64,000 bases of DNA from Aulosira sp. ZfuVER01. Its GTDB lineage: Bacteria > Cyanobacteriota > Cyanobacteriia > Cyanobacteriales > Nostocaceae. The stretch is from positions 1-64,000 of the forward strand of contig JAVRCV020000064.1 in assembly GCA_034530615.2 (NCBI GenBank), in the 5' to 3' direction. The notes under the pieces were generated by a model that saw only the letters and a list, made by a program, of their open reading frames with translations, did no database searches and was not told the origin of the DNA. Position numbers and translations under genes: made by a program. This document shows, piece by piece, positions 1 through 10,845 of this stretch. The number at the start of each line of letters is the position of its first letter. The first letter of the stretch is position 1.

Positions 1-2800
1 CTGTACCGCCATCGAGAATATCGTTGCCAGCCCCACCATCAAGACTATCGTTGCCAGCCCCACCAAGTAGGTAATTATTTCCATCACCACCGCTGAGGCT
101 GTCTGCACCAACTCCACCTATAATCGAGCTATTACCAGTGCCGCCAGTTAAGTTAATTGTGCCTGCAAAATTTCTAAAATCGAAGTTCTCGAAGTTGGAA
201 ACCAGTAACCCAGAAATCCCTTGAAGTTGATTGCTGAGATTACTCAAATCAATAGTAACTTTGTTGGCGCTAGTACCACCACTGAGGATGAAGGTGTCTA
301 CTCCAGCCCCACCATTAATTGTGTCATTTTGCTGGAGATTGGCAATATTAGCACTAACCGTATCTGAGCCATCTTTGCCATCAAAAAAATCTATTTTGGT
401 TGTAGCTACAAATATATCGTTGGCATTTGTGCCAATAACCATATTCACTGGGTTAATGGTAATGCCAGCAGTCTCGACATCTGTACTGAATGGTGTTGTA
501 CCACCACTAATAGCAGTATTTACACCAGTCGTGCCACTAGCTAAACCATCTGTTTCATCCCATCCACGAAATTTAATGTCAGCTGTACCGTTGGAGTTAG
601 TAGCGGGCACAAAGCGGACTCTGTTATTTGTCTGAAGTGCTATATTTTTCAGGTTAACATCTGCTTGTGCAGAGGTAGTATTATCACCTAAAAATATGAA
701 GTTAGTTCTTTCGTAGGGATCATAGGGCAGGGATGTTCCTAAGGGTCCAGCAGCAGTGTGGTCAAATGCTGTGTAGTTACGTAGAGAACCTGTGAGAATT
801 GGTACTGTTCCACCCGCAGCAAATAGATAATATGTGTCACCTTTAATTGTTAAATCGTAATGAGTGAGTGTACTCATCGTATCGTATGAGACACTCTCTG
901 TAGTACTGTGAGTAAACAGTGTTCTGGTACTACCCGGAGGCACGTTCGGCCCATCGTTTTGTGCCCAAATTTGATTTCCCCAAAAGCCAAGTTCAATTGC
1001 TTTGGTATTATCACTAGTCACAACAGTGACGCTGAAACCTGCCCGGTCTTGAATTCCATCACCGTTATCATCTTTGTTGTGGCTTTCGCTGTTGATTTTG
1101 AGATCGAAACTCAGCGTAAAGCCTTTATTAGCATCAAGAACGGGCAATGCAGGGTTCAGCTGAATTGGGAGACCAGCATTGTAGTTGCTGTAACCAGCTC
1201 CCCCAGACTGGGTACTAACTAGTTTGGTTTCAAAACCAGTTGTAGTCTGAACAATGGTTTGAGTCCCACCCACAGGTACGCTATTTCCGAGTATGTTAAC
1301 TGCTGGTGAAGCTCCAAACTGTAGCCAGCCTTGGGTATTGGGTGTGCTACCTAAGGAGCTATTGTATAAAGGTACTAAGCCTGTCAGGAGCGTAGCTGAA
1401 GTATTCGATACAGAACCGAAGTCCGTCCAACTAGTACCACCGTCAATGGAGTATTGCCATGTACCGTTGCCAGTTAGTTCAGTTACAGCAATCCCTTGAG
1501 TATTGTTATTGATATCCGATATGCGATTTTTGATCAGGTCAGCAACCAAAATTCCTGTGTTACTTTCCTTGGGAATATTTTGATAAATGGTTGGTAACGT
1601 CGGATTACCCGCTATATCGAGCACAGGAGCGCTGTTAACACGCAAGCTATTAATCCAGGTCGTGTTAACTCCGCCATTGGCTAAACCGGGATTAGCACCC
1701 GCAGAAACAAAATCAACTGACCAGTTAGCAGCATCAGTAGCACCTGACGCTGTATTACTGAGGTAAGCACTAGCTCGCCCCACTGGATAAGATAAGTTAG
1801 GCCCATCTGGACTAGGAGTTCGGGGAAATTTATATATTTCCGTAGAGCTATCGTTCAGTAGCCGGGGTACATCAGCGCTACTTTTGTTATCAAAAGCACC
1901 TGTTGTGCTACTCCAACCTTTTTTATTAATAACTGCAAATGGTCCAGTACTATTAAGAGATGAGATTTGTAGTACATAGTCCCCAGTTATAGGACTGTAA
2001 GTTAAGTCAGAAGCAATAGTGCCATCAACATCAGCACCGTTATATAACACTATTACAGTTCCGGCTTTTAAGGATTTAAAGCCATCACCAGACAGAGTAA
2101 TATCCAGGGTGTCATTGCCATCAACTAGTTTGTGATATTGCAGGTCGAGGTTATCGGTAACAACGAGAATTTCAACCCATTCTTTTGTTCCACTACTACC
2201 TTGGGAAAACTCATTGATAATTACGTCACCAGCATTAGCTAAAACAGAATTGTAAGCCTGCATTACCTCCGGTTGAAACGCCAGGGTAGCTTTTATTTTC
2301 CCGGTGCTAAAGTCTAAATCCCAATTACCGCCTAAAGCGGCACTGCCGATTTTGGTGGTGGAAGCAGCAACATTTGCTCCAGTAAATCGGCTAATTTGCT
2401 GTACAAATTTTGTACCTTCTTTGCTGGCTACATCACAGCCGTAAAGTAGGATATCAGCATCATTGGTTAAAACATTTGCCCATTGCCGCAACTGCTCTGC
2501 ATAACAGTTTAAATTCTCTGCATTTAGTGGATTTGCCCCTAGTTTTAAACTACCTTCACCACCGTGGGATACAATGTGAACTGATTTAAATTTACCTACT
2601 GCCAGTGCCTCGGTGATTTGTGCAACACCATCTTTTGTAGAGTCAAGAATTACAACTTGATAGCCTAGTTTGATCCCAGCGTTCAAGCTTTGATAATCAA
2701 TAACAGACGTATCTATAAAGACAATATCTTTAATTTGGAGCGGTAGTACATCAGCAAAATAAGTGGGGGTTTGAGAATTTGTCTTTTCTACTAGTTTCAT
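1..2800 (-). CDS. Large secreted/surface protein: DUF4347 + lamin-tail-like domain + Ig/cadherin-like domain with an inserted domain + RTX Ca-binding repeats (3' end runs off window)
   Basis: Not in the ORF track because there is no stop inside the window. Manual translation from ATG at 2800: MKLVEKTNSQ...IVFIDTSVIDYQSL...VHIVSHGGEGSLKLG...DILLYGCDVA...GGNWDL (DUF4347), then DVIINEFSQG..KEWVEI (LTD-like), and GGxGxDxLxGG nonapeptides near 1-150 (GGAGNDSLDGGAGNDILDGG). Segments translated were in one frame. Confidence 0.85.
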   Translation of the reverse strand, partial: MKLVEKTNSQTPTYFADVLPLQIKDIVFIDTSVIDYQSLNAGIKLGYQVVILDSTKDGVAQITEALAVGKFKSVHIVSHGGEGSLKLGANPLNAENLNCYAEQLRQWANVLTNDADILLYGCDVASKEGTKFVQQISRFTGANVAASTTKIGSAALGGNWDLDFSTGKIKATLAFQPEVMQAYNSVLANAGDVIINEFSQGSSGTKEWVEILVVTDNLDLQYHKLVDGNDTLDITLSGDGFKSLKAGTVIVLYNGADVDGTIASDLTYSPITGDYVLQISSLNSTGPFAVINKKGWSSTTGAFDNKSSADVPRLLNDSSTEIYKFPRTPSPDGPNLSYPVGRASAYLSNTASGATDAANWSVDFVSAGANPGLANGGVNTTWINSLRVNSAPVLDIAGNPTLPTIYQNIPKESNTGILVADLIKNRISDINNNTQGIAVTELTGNGTWQYSIDGGTSWTDFGSVSNTSATLLTGLVPLYNSSLGSTPNTQGWLQFGASPAVNILGNSVPVGGTQTIVQTTTGFETKLVSTQSGGAGYSNYNAGLPIQLNPALPVLDANKGFTLSFDLKINSESHNKDDNGDGIQDRAGFSVTVVTSDNTKAIELGFWGNQIWAQNDGPNVPPGSTRTLFTHSTTESVSYDTMSTLTHYDLTIKGDTYYLFAAGGTVPILTGSLRNYTAFDHTAAGPLGTSLPYDPYERTNFIFLGDNTTSAQADVNLKNIALQTNNRVRFVPATNSNGTADIKFRGWDETDGLASGTTGVNTAISGGTTPFSTDVETAGITINPVNMVIGTNANDIFVATTKIDFFDGKDGSDTVSANIANLQQNDTINGGAGVDTFILSGGTSANKVTIDLSNLSNQLQGISGLLVSNFENFDFRNFAGTINLTGGTGNSSIIGGVGADSLSGGDGNNYLLGGAGNDSLDGGAGNDILDGGT

Positions 2801-4064
2801 GATGATTGCACTCGGTAAATAAAACTCTGACTCTAGATAGTTAAATTGGTCTTGAGAACACAGACAGCACTAAATAGGAAGCGTCTGGCGAGCCATTCGC
2901 TTCCATCCCCAAATGAAATTGGTAATTAGAACTTTTTATTACACAATGGTTTAAATCTAACTCAGTACACTCTAGATGTCATACTTTTTTTAGAAAAAAT
3001 AAGCTTTTTATTGTATAAATTTATGAAATAAAGATTACAAAAGCTACTGTGTTATTACGGTACGGAGTAGGATCGCTTTAGCGCAAGATTGAGCAACAAA
3101 TCACAGAAGTCAGCTTTACTGCTAATTGCAGTTACAAGGAAGGTTTGGGAATCAAGTTGCTGAGTGGTTAAATTCTCGATAAATTCATAATCTTGACAAA
3201 GTCAGAGTGAAAACTTTTAAATCTTTAAAAGAAAATATTAAAATTTCAATTTTTGATCTGGTGAATCAATAGTTTTAGTGCGACTAATCCTTTTGGAATC
3301 GTTAAAATTATGGCTTGATTGCGCTCGCCTACCTCTAACTTGTGTAAGATAGCATCGACATGAACTTGCGCATTACCAGGGACAATCTAGAGAAATGCCA
3401 TAATTTCTGGATAGTCAACCCCCTGTAGAGGTATTCAACACTCTTTTGCTTGTCTATATTTCAGCAATTGTCAGGGGCAGAAATTTATGCAATTTTTAGA
3501 TAAAATTGCCCCTAATTCTCTGGTTAAAAATGACTTTAGATTACCGATAGGTATTTTGACAATCAATTTAATATTTCCATAAGAAAAATCCGCAATTACC
3601 ACTCTTTTATAGATAGGTTTAATTGCGTGTATTATCTGAGATTGTATTTGTCTATAGAAACAACAGTAACTATTTTCTCCAAAAAAATTAAATATGCAAT
3701 ATAATTTTTTGCTAAATTCAGTCTCGCTGGGAGTGCAAGAGCTAAAACTGTGTCAGCTTATACTTTACAAGCTGGGGATGGTGTAATAAAAATATCATGA
3801 GTCACTGTCTAGATGAATATATGAAAGTAGCAACATCAGAAAATGTATTGTATAAACAAATAGTAGTTTGGAAACAGATAAATGAGAAAAAGCAAAATTT
3901 AAGTGTTCTTGACAGAAACTTCAAGAACATCTGGAAATATTAAAAGCTAAAAATAGTAAGTCCAGATTAATGAATTGACTTTATATGAGACATTTTTAGG
4001 CAGTTGATGTATTAATTATCATAATTGGCTGTCTAGAACTTAAATTTAATTGAGTGCGAAATAC

Positions 4065-5765
4065 ATGGGACAAGGTTTTTTACAAATTGGGCTAACGCTA
4101 TGTATTGTCATAGCCATTACATCTATCTTGGGAAGATACATAGCACGTGTCTTTCAAGGAGAAAAAACACTGCTTGACTCCTTAATGAATCCTATAGAGC
4201 GAAGCATTTACGCACTAGCAGGTATCCAGAGGAAAGTTAATATGACAGGTTGGCAGTATATCAGAGCAATACTGTACAGCAACCTCGTCATGGGCATTGT
4301 AGTGTATTTACTGATATTTTTTCAGAGGTTCTTACCTTGGAATCCCAATGGCTTTGGTACACCCACTTGGGATACCTTACTGCACACCACAGTTTCATTT
4401 CTGACCAATACAGACCAACAACACTACGCTGGTGAGACTACATTAAGCTATTTTAGTCAGGTAGCAGCTTTAGGTTTTTTGATGTTCACCTCAGCAGCTA
4501 CTGGCCTGGCGGTGGGAATTGCCTTCATTCGCGGATTGACAGGTAGAAAGTTAGGAAACTTTTATGTCGATCTCACCCGTGCGATTACGCGAGTATTATT
4601 ACCCATAGCGGCGATTGGGGCGATCGCTTTACTGATATTAGGTGTACCGCAAACATTAGCCGAAACTTTAGTAGTGAAAACCTTAGAAGGAGGGACGCAG
4701 TACATAGCTAGAGGCCCAGTAGCATCTTTTGAAATGATTAAAATGTTGGGTGAGAACGGTGGTGGCTTTTTTGGCGTTAACTCGGCTCACCCCTTTGAAA
4801 ATCCTAATGGTGCGACTAATTTAATCGAAATCATAGCGATGATTTCTATTCCCGCAGCCTTGATTTACACCTATGGTGTATTTGCAAATAACATCAAACA
4901 AGGTTGGCTGCTGTTCTGGATGGTGTTTGTAATTTTTGTTGTCTTGGTTGGGATAACAGCAACCGGTGAATTACAAGGTAATCCCCTCGTCAATGGCACC
5001 TTGGGAATAGAAAACCCTAATTTAGAAGGTAAAGAAGTTCGATTTGGTTGGGCACAAACAGCACTGTGGGCTGTGATGACTACCGCCACCATGTCTGGTG
5101 CTGTCAACGGAATGCATGATTCCTTAATGCCGCAAGGATTATTTTCAACTTTATTTAACTTGTTTCTCCAGATTATCTGGGGAGGTCAGGGAACTGGAAT
5201 AGCTTACTTATTAATTTACGTAATTCTCACCGTGTTCTTGACTGGGTTAATGGTAGGGCGTACCCCAGAGTTTTTAGGACGCAAAATTGAAAAACGAGAA
5301 ATTATTCTCGCCAGTATAGTATTACTGGTACATCCAATAGCGATATTAATTCCCAGTGCGATCGCCTTAGCCTACCCAATTTCTTTATCTGGGATTACCA
5401 ATCCAGGTTTTCACGGCATTTCCCAAGTGGTTTATGAATATGCCTCAGCCGCTGCTAACAACGGTTCCGGCTTGGCAGGGCTAGCTAATACCCACCCAGC
5501 ACCTACAGCCCTATGGTGGAATTTGAGTTGTCTATTTCCCCTATTAGCAGGACGCTACATTCCGATTATTGCCATTCTGCTACTAGCTGATAGTATGTCT
5601 CGTAAGCAAACAGTACCCGAAACCCCCGGTACTCTAAGAACCGATTCTCTGCTATTTACTTGTGTGACAGCGGGGATAACTCTAATTTTGGGCGTGCTGA
5701 CTTTTTTCCCTGTTTTGGCTTTAGGCCCGATCGCAGAGGGTTTTAAATTAGCCTCTGGTAGTTAG
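4065..5765 (+). CDS. kdpA: K+-transporting ATPase subunit A
   Basis: [40 protein letters not shown] and NNGSG motifs; ATG at 4065. Confidence 0.97.
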   Translation: MGQGFLQIGLTLCIVIAITSILGRYIARVFQGEKTLLDSLMNPIERSIYALAGIQRKVNMTGWQYIRAILYSNLVMGIVVYLLIFFQRFLPWNPNGFGTPTWDTLLHTTVSFLTNTDQQHYAGETTLSYFSQVAALGFLMFTSAATGLAVGIAFIRGLTGRKLGNFYVDLTRAITRVLLPIAAIGAIALLILGVPQTLAETLVVKTLEGGTQYIARGPVASFEMIKMLGENGGGFFGVNSAHPFENPNGATNLIEIIAMISIPAALIYTYGVFANNIKQGWLLFWMVFVIFVVLVGITATGELQGNPLVNGTLGIENPNLEGKEVRFGWAQTALWAVMTTATMSGAVNGMHDSLMPQGLFSTLFNLFLQIIWGGQGTGIAYLLIYVILTVFLTGLMVGRTPEFLGRKIEKREIILASIVLLVHPIAILIPSAIALAYPISLSGITNPGFHGISQVVYEYASAAANNGSGLAGLANTHPAPTALWWNLSCLFPLLAGRYIPIIAILLLADSMSRKQTVPETPGTLRTDSLLFTCVTAGITLILGVLTFFPVLALGPIAEGFKLASGS

Positions 5766-5860
5766 CGAGATGAGGAAGATGAGGGGGATGTGGACAAATG
5801 CTCCCCCTGCTCCCTGCTCCCTACCCCCTGCCCCTACACCACCCCTCACTCAGCAAATCT

Positions 5861-7969
5861 ATGAATCCACCAGTTGCAACTACCTCCAAAGCTAAACCCC
5901 CTCGTTCTCGTCATGGCGATCGCCGCCAATCAGGCAAAAAAGCCAAAGCAGGTGCCAGAGGCATATATTTGAGGGCAATTAAGGATGCTTTTGTCAAGTT
6001 AAATCCCAAACACGCAATCAAAAACCCGGTGATGTTTTTGGTTTGGATTGGCACAATCATCACCTTAGCGGTAACAATTGATCCCAGCCTGTTTGGCCCA
6101 GTTGAGCAGCAGAACCCGCAACTTTTCAACGGCTTGTTAACAGGAATTTTGTTCTTCACCGTTTGGTTTGCTAATTTTGCCGAAGCTGTAGCTGAAGGCA
6201 GAGGTAAAGCCCAAGCTGATGCTTTACGCTCAACAAAATCAGAAACGATCGCTAAAAAACTCGCCGCCGATGGTTCAATTTCGGAAGTTCCATCTACCAG
6301 CCTCAAACAGGGTGATACTGTCTACGTGGTAGCAGGAGATTTTATTCCCGCTGATGGCGAAGTAATTATGGGTGTAGCCTCGGTAGATGAATCGGCAATT
6401 ACAGGAGAATCTGCACCAGTACTGAAAGAATCAGGCTCGGACATTGCCAGTTCTGTAACTGGTGGGACGCGGATTATCTCCGATGAATTGATCGTTCGGA
6501 TCACCGCCGACTCTGGCAAAGGGTTTATTGACAGAATGATTGCCTTGGTAGAAGGCGCAGAACGCAGTAAAACACCAAATGAAATTGCTCTGACAGTGTT
6601 ACTAGCAGTTCTCAGCTTAGTGTTTCTGTTTGTAGTCGCAACACTACCTGCATTTGCCTACACCGTTAAAAGTCCAGTCAGCGTCCCAATTTTGATTGCC
6701 TTGTTAGTGGCCTTGATCCCCACAACCATTGGTGGTTTGCTGAGTGCCATAGGGATCGCCGGTATGGATCGAGTGGCTCAATTTAATGTTATTGCCACAT
6801 CCGGACGAGCAGTCGAAGCCTCTGGAGATGTTAATACTCTAGTTTTAGACAAGACAGGTACAATCACCCTTGGTAATCGGTTGGCAGAAGAGTTTATCCC
6901 GATCAACGGCCACTCAATGGAGGAAATTGCTAATGTCGCTTGGATAGCTAGCGTTTTTGATGATACCCCCGAAGGCAAATCGATTCTCAGACTAGCAGAA
7001 AAGTTTGGCGCTAGGGTAGACTTTGACCCCAACTACGCAGAGGGAGTAGAATTTTCTGCCAAAACCCGCATGAGTGGTACAAACCTACCCGGTGGGCGTG
7101 AGGTACGTAAGGGAGCAGTAGAAGCAATTATCGGGTTTATACGTTCTCGTAACGGATGGGAAACACCAGAACTCAATACTGCCTATGAAAGAGTTTCCCA
7201 ACAAGGAGGTACACCTTTAGCTGTTTGCTTAGACCGCGAAATCTACGGAGTCATTTATCTCAAAGATATTGTCAAACCTGGTATTCGCGAACGGTTTGAC
7301 CAGTTACGCCGGATGGGAGTACGTACCATTATGCTAACTGGGGACAACCGGATTACTGCTTCGGTGATTGCCAAAGAAGCTGGAGTTGATGAATTCATCG
7401 CCGAAGCCACACCTGAAGATAAAATCTCTGTGATTCAGCAGGAACAGTCTGAAGGCAAACTAGTGGCAATGACGGGTGACGGAACTAATGATGCCCCTGC
7501 CCTAGCACAAGCTAATGTTGGTGTTGCGATGAATACTGGTACTCAAGCAGCAAAAGAAGCCGCTAACATGGTGGATTTAGACTCTGACCCCACAAAGCTG
7601 ATTGATATTGTCAGTATTGGTAAACAATTGCTAATTACTCGTGGAGCCTTGACGACATTTTCCTTGGCTAACGATATTGCTAAATACTTTGCAATTATCC
7701 CGGTAATTTTCGCCTCTGCTAATTTGCAAAGCCTGAATATTATGAAATTAAGTAGTACTAATTCGGCTGTGCTATCAGCTTTGATCTACAACGCTTTGAT
7801 TATTCCTATGTTAATTCCTTTAGCTTTAAAGGGTGTACAGTTTAAACCATTGACAGCTAATCAATTGCTACAACGCAATATCTTGATTTATGGTTTGGGT
7901 GGTGTAATTTCGCCGTTTATCGCCATTAAATTGGTAGATATGCTGCTCACAGCAGTGGGATTAACCTAA
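5861..7969 (+). CDS. kdpB: K+-transporting P-type ATPase subunit B
   Basis: DKTGT, TGESAP and [10 protein letters not shown] motifs; the upstream in-frame extension is repeat-derived, so ATG 5861 was chosen. Confidence 0.97.
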   Translation: MNPPVATTSKAKPPRSRHGDRRQSGKKAKAGARGIYLRAIKDAFVKLNPKHAIKNPVMFLVWIGTIITLAVTIDPSLFGPVEQQNPQLFNGLLTGILFFTVWFANFAEAVAEGRGKAQADALRSTKSETIAKKLAADGSISEVPSTSLKQGDTVYVVAGDFIPADGEVIMGVASVDESAITGESAPVLKESGSDIASSVTGGTRIISDELIVRITADSGKGFIDRMIALVEGAERSKTPNEIALTVLLAVLSLVFLFVVATLPAFAYTVKSPVSVPILIALLVALIPTTIGGLLSAIGIAGMDRVAQFNVIATSGRAVEASGDVNTLVLDKTGTITLGNRLAEEFIPINGHSMEEIANVAWIASVFDDTPEGKSILRLAEKFGARVDFDPNYAEGVEFSAKTRMSGTNLPGGREVRKGAVEAIIGFIRSRNGWETPELNTAYERVSQQGGTPLAVCLDREIYGVIYLKDIVKPGIRERFDQLRRMGVRTIMLTGDNRITASVIAKEAGVDEFIAEATPEDKISVIQQEQSEGKLVAMTGDGTNDAPALAQANVGVAMNTGTQAAKEAANMVDLDSDPTKLIDIVSIGKQLLITRGALTTFSLANDIAKYFAIIPVIFASANLQSLNIMKLSSTNSAVLSALIYNALIIPMLIPLALKGVQFKPLTANQLLQRNILIYGLGGVISPFIAIKLVDMLLTAVGLT

Positions 7970-8019
7970 AAAGTCAAAATTCAACAATAATCGCCAGGGA
8001 TGCATATAAGCAAGCAAAA

Positions 8020-8274
8020 ATGAAGCAAAAAGTTAATGATTTAGATCTATTTTCGGCAATATCATTTGTCTGGTCACAATGGCGTAAACAACATTTGCCT
8101 CTGGCAATTTTTATTGTGTTGTGCTTGAATTTGGCAATTGCTCCTGTAGTTTATGCCGCTTCTGATGGCATTTTAGAACGTCGCTCTGCTTGGGCAATTG
8201 GCATTTTGGGGTTTGTCACCATAGCAGTTGTTATATACTTGTTTGTCGTCGTATTTCAGCCAGAACGATTCTAA
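8020..8274 (+). CDS. kdpF: KdpF-like small membrane subunit (cyanobacterial KdpG type)
   Basis: Two hydrophobic segments, C-terminal YLFVVVFQPERF matching the KdpF signature; lies between kdpB and kdpC as described for Anabaena kdpG. Confidence 0.8.
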   Translation: MKQKVNDLDLFSAISFVWSQWRKQHLPLAIFIVLCLNLAIAPVVYAASDGILERRSAWAIGILGFVTIAVVIYLFVVVFQPERF

Positions 8275-8324
8275 AATTTAAAATTCTTATTCACAATTCT
8301 GAGAACGAACGGACAGATTATTGT

Positions 8325-8927
8325 ATGTCTATTATTCGAGAAATCATCAGGGCAATTCGTGTAACTCTGGTACTTTGGTTACTAACTGCAATCATATATC
8401 CCCTGGCAATTTTAGTAGTGGGTCAAGTTGCTTTTCCATCGCAAGCTAATGGCAGCATCATGCAGAATATAGATGCTCAACCAATTGGTTCTGCGTTAAT
8501 TGGCCAAGCGTTTACATCAGATAAATATTTTCATGGTCGTCCCAGTACTGTGAGATATAGCCAAGGCAAAAAAGCTAAACCAACTGGTATTTCTGGCGCT
8601 AGTAATCTTGCCCCTAGCAATCCAGAATTACTTAACCGAATTGTCGAGCAGGCAAATCAATTCCGAGACGAGAATATTCAACCTACAGCCGATTTAATTT
8701 ATACATCTGGCTCTGGTTTAGACCCTCATATTTCCTTTAAAGCAGCTAGACAGCAGTTGGAGAGGGTTGCTCGTGCCCGTAATATTAAAGAAGATGAGAT
8801 ATTTCCTTTAATTAATAAATATACTGATGGCAGATTTTTATGGATTTTTGGGGAACCAGGAGTCAATGTTCTCCGATTGAATTACGCTCTCGATCTGCAA
8901 GAAATTAACCGTCAGCAAAATCAATAA
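8325..8927 (+). CDS. kdpC: K+-transporting ATPase subunit C
   Basis: QANGS, GSALIGQ, YFHGRPS, SGASNLAP, SGSGLDPHIS and GEPGVNVLRLN motifs. Confidence 0.96.
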   Translation: MSIIREIIRAIRVTLVLWLLTAIIYPLAILVVGQVAFPSQANGSIMQNIDAQPIGSALIGQAFTSDKYFHGRPSTVRYSQGKKAKPTGISGASNLAPSNPELLNRIVEQANQFRDENIQPTADLIYTSGSGLDPHISFKAARQQLERVARARNIKEDEIFPLINKYTDGRFLWIFGEPGVNVLRLNYALDLQEINRQQNQ

Positions 8928-9031
8928 ATGTTTGGATATTAGTGTTTTAGTGTCTGCATTGTTCCAGATTTGTTAACAATAAGGCACTAAGACACTATTT
9001 ATGCGATCGCCTAAGATCAAGCATACAGTTT

Positions 9032-9850
9032 CTATTCTTGGCGGAACACATAATCTTCAGCCTTACCTGCCTGTCTTAAGTGGCAAGAAGCACAGGCATT
9101 TGTCTTTCCTGGTGCAGCATTTGGCAGGTATGTTTTATCTGGTCGATAACCAATGTACTCCCACTCGCCACTGCGATCGCTAAGATAATCAGCCCCAAAG
9201 CCTTTTTCCTTTCGGTGTACAAAAATTGCCGTTAGGGCTTCTCGAATATATTGTCCTTGTTCATCTTTAAGAATGTTACCGTTGGCATCTTGTTTCGCAT
9301 GGTAGATTTCCATAACAAATACACTCCCGTAAGGAAAAGTCTTTCCAGGCTTGACAGCAGCCGCAATATCGTTACCACAGATAACACGTACCTGCTGGTT
9401 GTCCGGTCGGTCAACAACATATATTAATTTGAAGGCATTCTGATAGTTTTCTGGAAATCCTACTCGGTCTATTTGAGGGGCTGGGCGTAGAGAAGATATA
9501 CCAGGAACAGTTGGTGGTAAAGGTGCCAAAGCTTTGGGATTAGGAGCTTGTAATAGTCGGGGAACATCTGCACAAGGTGGCCAAGTTGAGCCAGTCGTGT
9601 GGTCAGGTAGCGCGGTCTTGGGGGTTTCCACACCACTTCCTACAACGGGCGGAACCCCCGCAACGGAGTGGCTTTCCATGAGCCACTGACGAAAGGGTCT
9701 CCCGACTTGAACGGACCGGCTTTGAGCCACAGATATAGAAGTTGACGGAGCGATAGTAGTTTCAAGCATCTCTGCTAAGACAAATCCAAGTACCAAGGCA
9801 CTTAATAGTAGCAGTATTTTTATCCATCGCTTGAGTATATAATTAATCAT
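9032..9850 (-). CDS. Cytochrome P460/c'-beta family periplasmic heme protein
   Basis: N-terminal hydrophobic signal/anchor; FPENY, FPYGSVFVME, GEWEY, C-terminal CASCH heme motif followed by DYVF. Confidence 0.8.
   Translation of the reverse strand: MINYILKRWIKILLLLSALVLGFVLAEMLETTIAPSTSISVAQSRSVQVGRPFRQWLMESHSVAGVPPVVGSGVETPKTALPDHTTGSTWPPCADVPRLLQAPNPKALAPLPPTVPGISSLRPAPQIDRVGFPENYQNAFKLIYVVDRPDNQQVRVICGNDIAAAVKPGKTFPYGSVFVMEIYHAKQDANGNILKDEQGQYIREALTAIFVHRKEKGFGADYLSDRSGEWEYIGYRPDKTYLPNAAPGKTNACASCHLRQAGKAEDYVFRQE
9588..9722. repeat. Nested small dispersed repeat (SDR-like) elements inside the cytochrome CDS
   Basis: gcggtcttgggggtttcc...ccatgagccactg matches the intergenic copy at 38874-38906 but is interrupted by a ~44-nt related element (9630-9673). 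Confidence 0.7.
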
Positions 9851-10225
9851 TGATAAATATAGCAGATAACATTAGAGTTATATTTTTATTGTTATATTTG
9901 ATTCATAGTTGCCAGTTAGACTGAATCAATATAATATATCCCTAAACTAATAACAATCTTGAGTAATAGATATATTTACGGCGTGATTTGCGATCACGGT
10001 TAACCGTAAAACTCAGTATAATCTAAATTTAATATATACTTGTGTCCTGGGTTGGCTAAACTAAGTAATTTACTGGTGCTTAATTAATGGTGTAAAGCGG
10101 ATATCCCGTAGCAGACTCGGTATTAAACCACCTATTTAGATTAACTGGGTCGCCAGTCCAAGAAAATCAGAATGCTCAACGACACAGTTGAGAAATCCTA
10201 AAACTTAACAGTTATTTCCCTAGCT

Positions 10226-10651
10226 ATGAAACGTCGTGATTTTATCCATTGGGTAGGTTTGAGTTGGTTAGCTAGCTCACTACCTGTAGTCATTGCTGCT
10301 TGTTCTTCTCAAACAAAAGCATCAACAAATTCAACATCTCAAGATTGGCAAACAGTTGGTAACTTAGCAGAATTAGATAAAACTGGTCAATTACTTACAG
10401 AAAACTCACCTATCGGCCCTGTTTTGATTATTGGTACATCTAAGAGTGAAAATTTAATTGCTGTTGATCCAACCTGTACTCATAGAGGATGCACAGTCGC
10501 CTGGAAATCTGAAGCCCAGAAATTTATCTGTCCTTGTCATCGTGCTGAATTTGCAGTTGATGGTAAGGTACAAAAAGGCCCAGCTAAAAAGCCACTCAAA
10601 ACTTATATTGCCAAGATAGAAGGTAATTCTGTAAGAGTTAGATCAACGTAG
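10226..10651 (+). CDS. petC: Rieske 2Fe-2S protein with Tat/lipoprotein signal (PetC3-like)
   Basis: MKRRDF twin-Arg signal, IAAC lipobox, CTHRGC and CPCH Rieske boxes, GPA motif. Confidence 0.85.
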   Translation: MKRRDFIHWVGLSWLASSLPVVIAACSSQTKASTNSTSQDWQTVGNLAELDKTGQLLTENSPIGPVLIIGTSKSENLIAVDPTCTHRGCTVAWKSEAQKFICPCHRAEFAVDGKVQKGPAKKPLKTYIAKIEGNSVRVRST

Positions 10652-10672
10652 ACAATTGCCAATTTCAGCAGA

Positions 10673-10728
10673 GCGTTACAGCAAAAATATTGATTTTCAC
10701 TATCTTTAATCATCTTGTGCTGTAACGC
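10673..10728. terminator. Inverted repeat after the Rieske gene
   Basis: gcgttacagca ... tgctgtaacgc 11-bp stem. Confidence 0.45.
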
Positions 10729-10845
10729 AAAGGCAGTTATGATGCTTGCCTTGCGGCAACTGCTTCGTTGTCGCTGTCTGCCTTATTTAAAATAAATAAA
10801 ACGAACTACTAGATAAAATCTATAATTTTATCTTTACCCTGAACT

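Noticed and set aside
231..1499. Plus-strand ORFs 231-635, 908-1222 and 1293-1499
   Set aside because: Antisense shadows of the large minus-strand RTX/DUF4347 gene
2801..4064. c-di-AMP (ydaO) riboswitch upstream of kdpA
   Set aside because: Conserved GCTGAA / GGGG..CCC / CAGCTAAC elements not found in the right order
5798..5860. Pro-rich N-terminal extension of KdpB
   Set aside because: Derived from an intergenic CCCCTGC-type repeat; the downstream ATG at 5861 is more plausible
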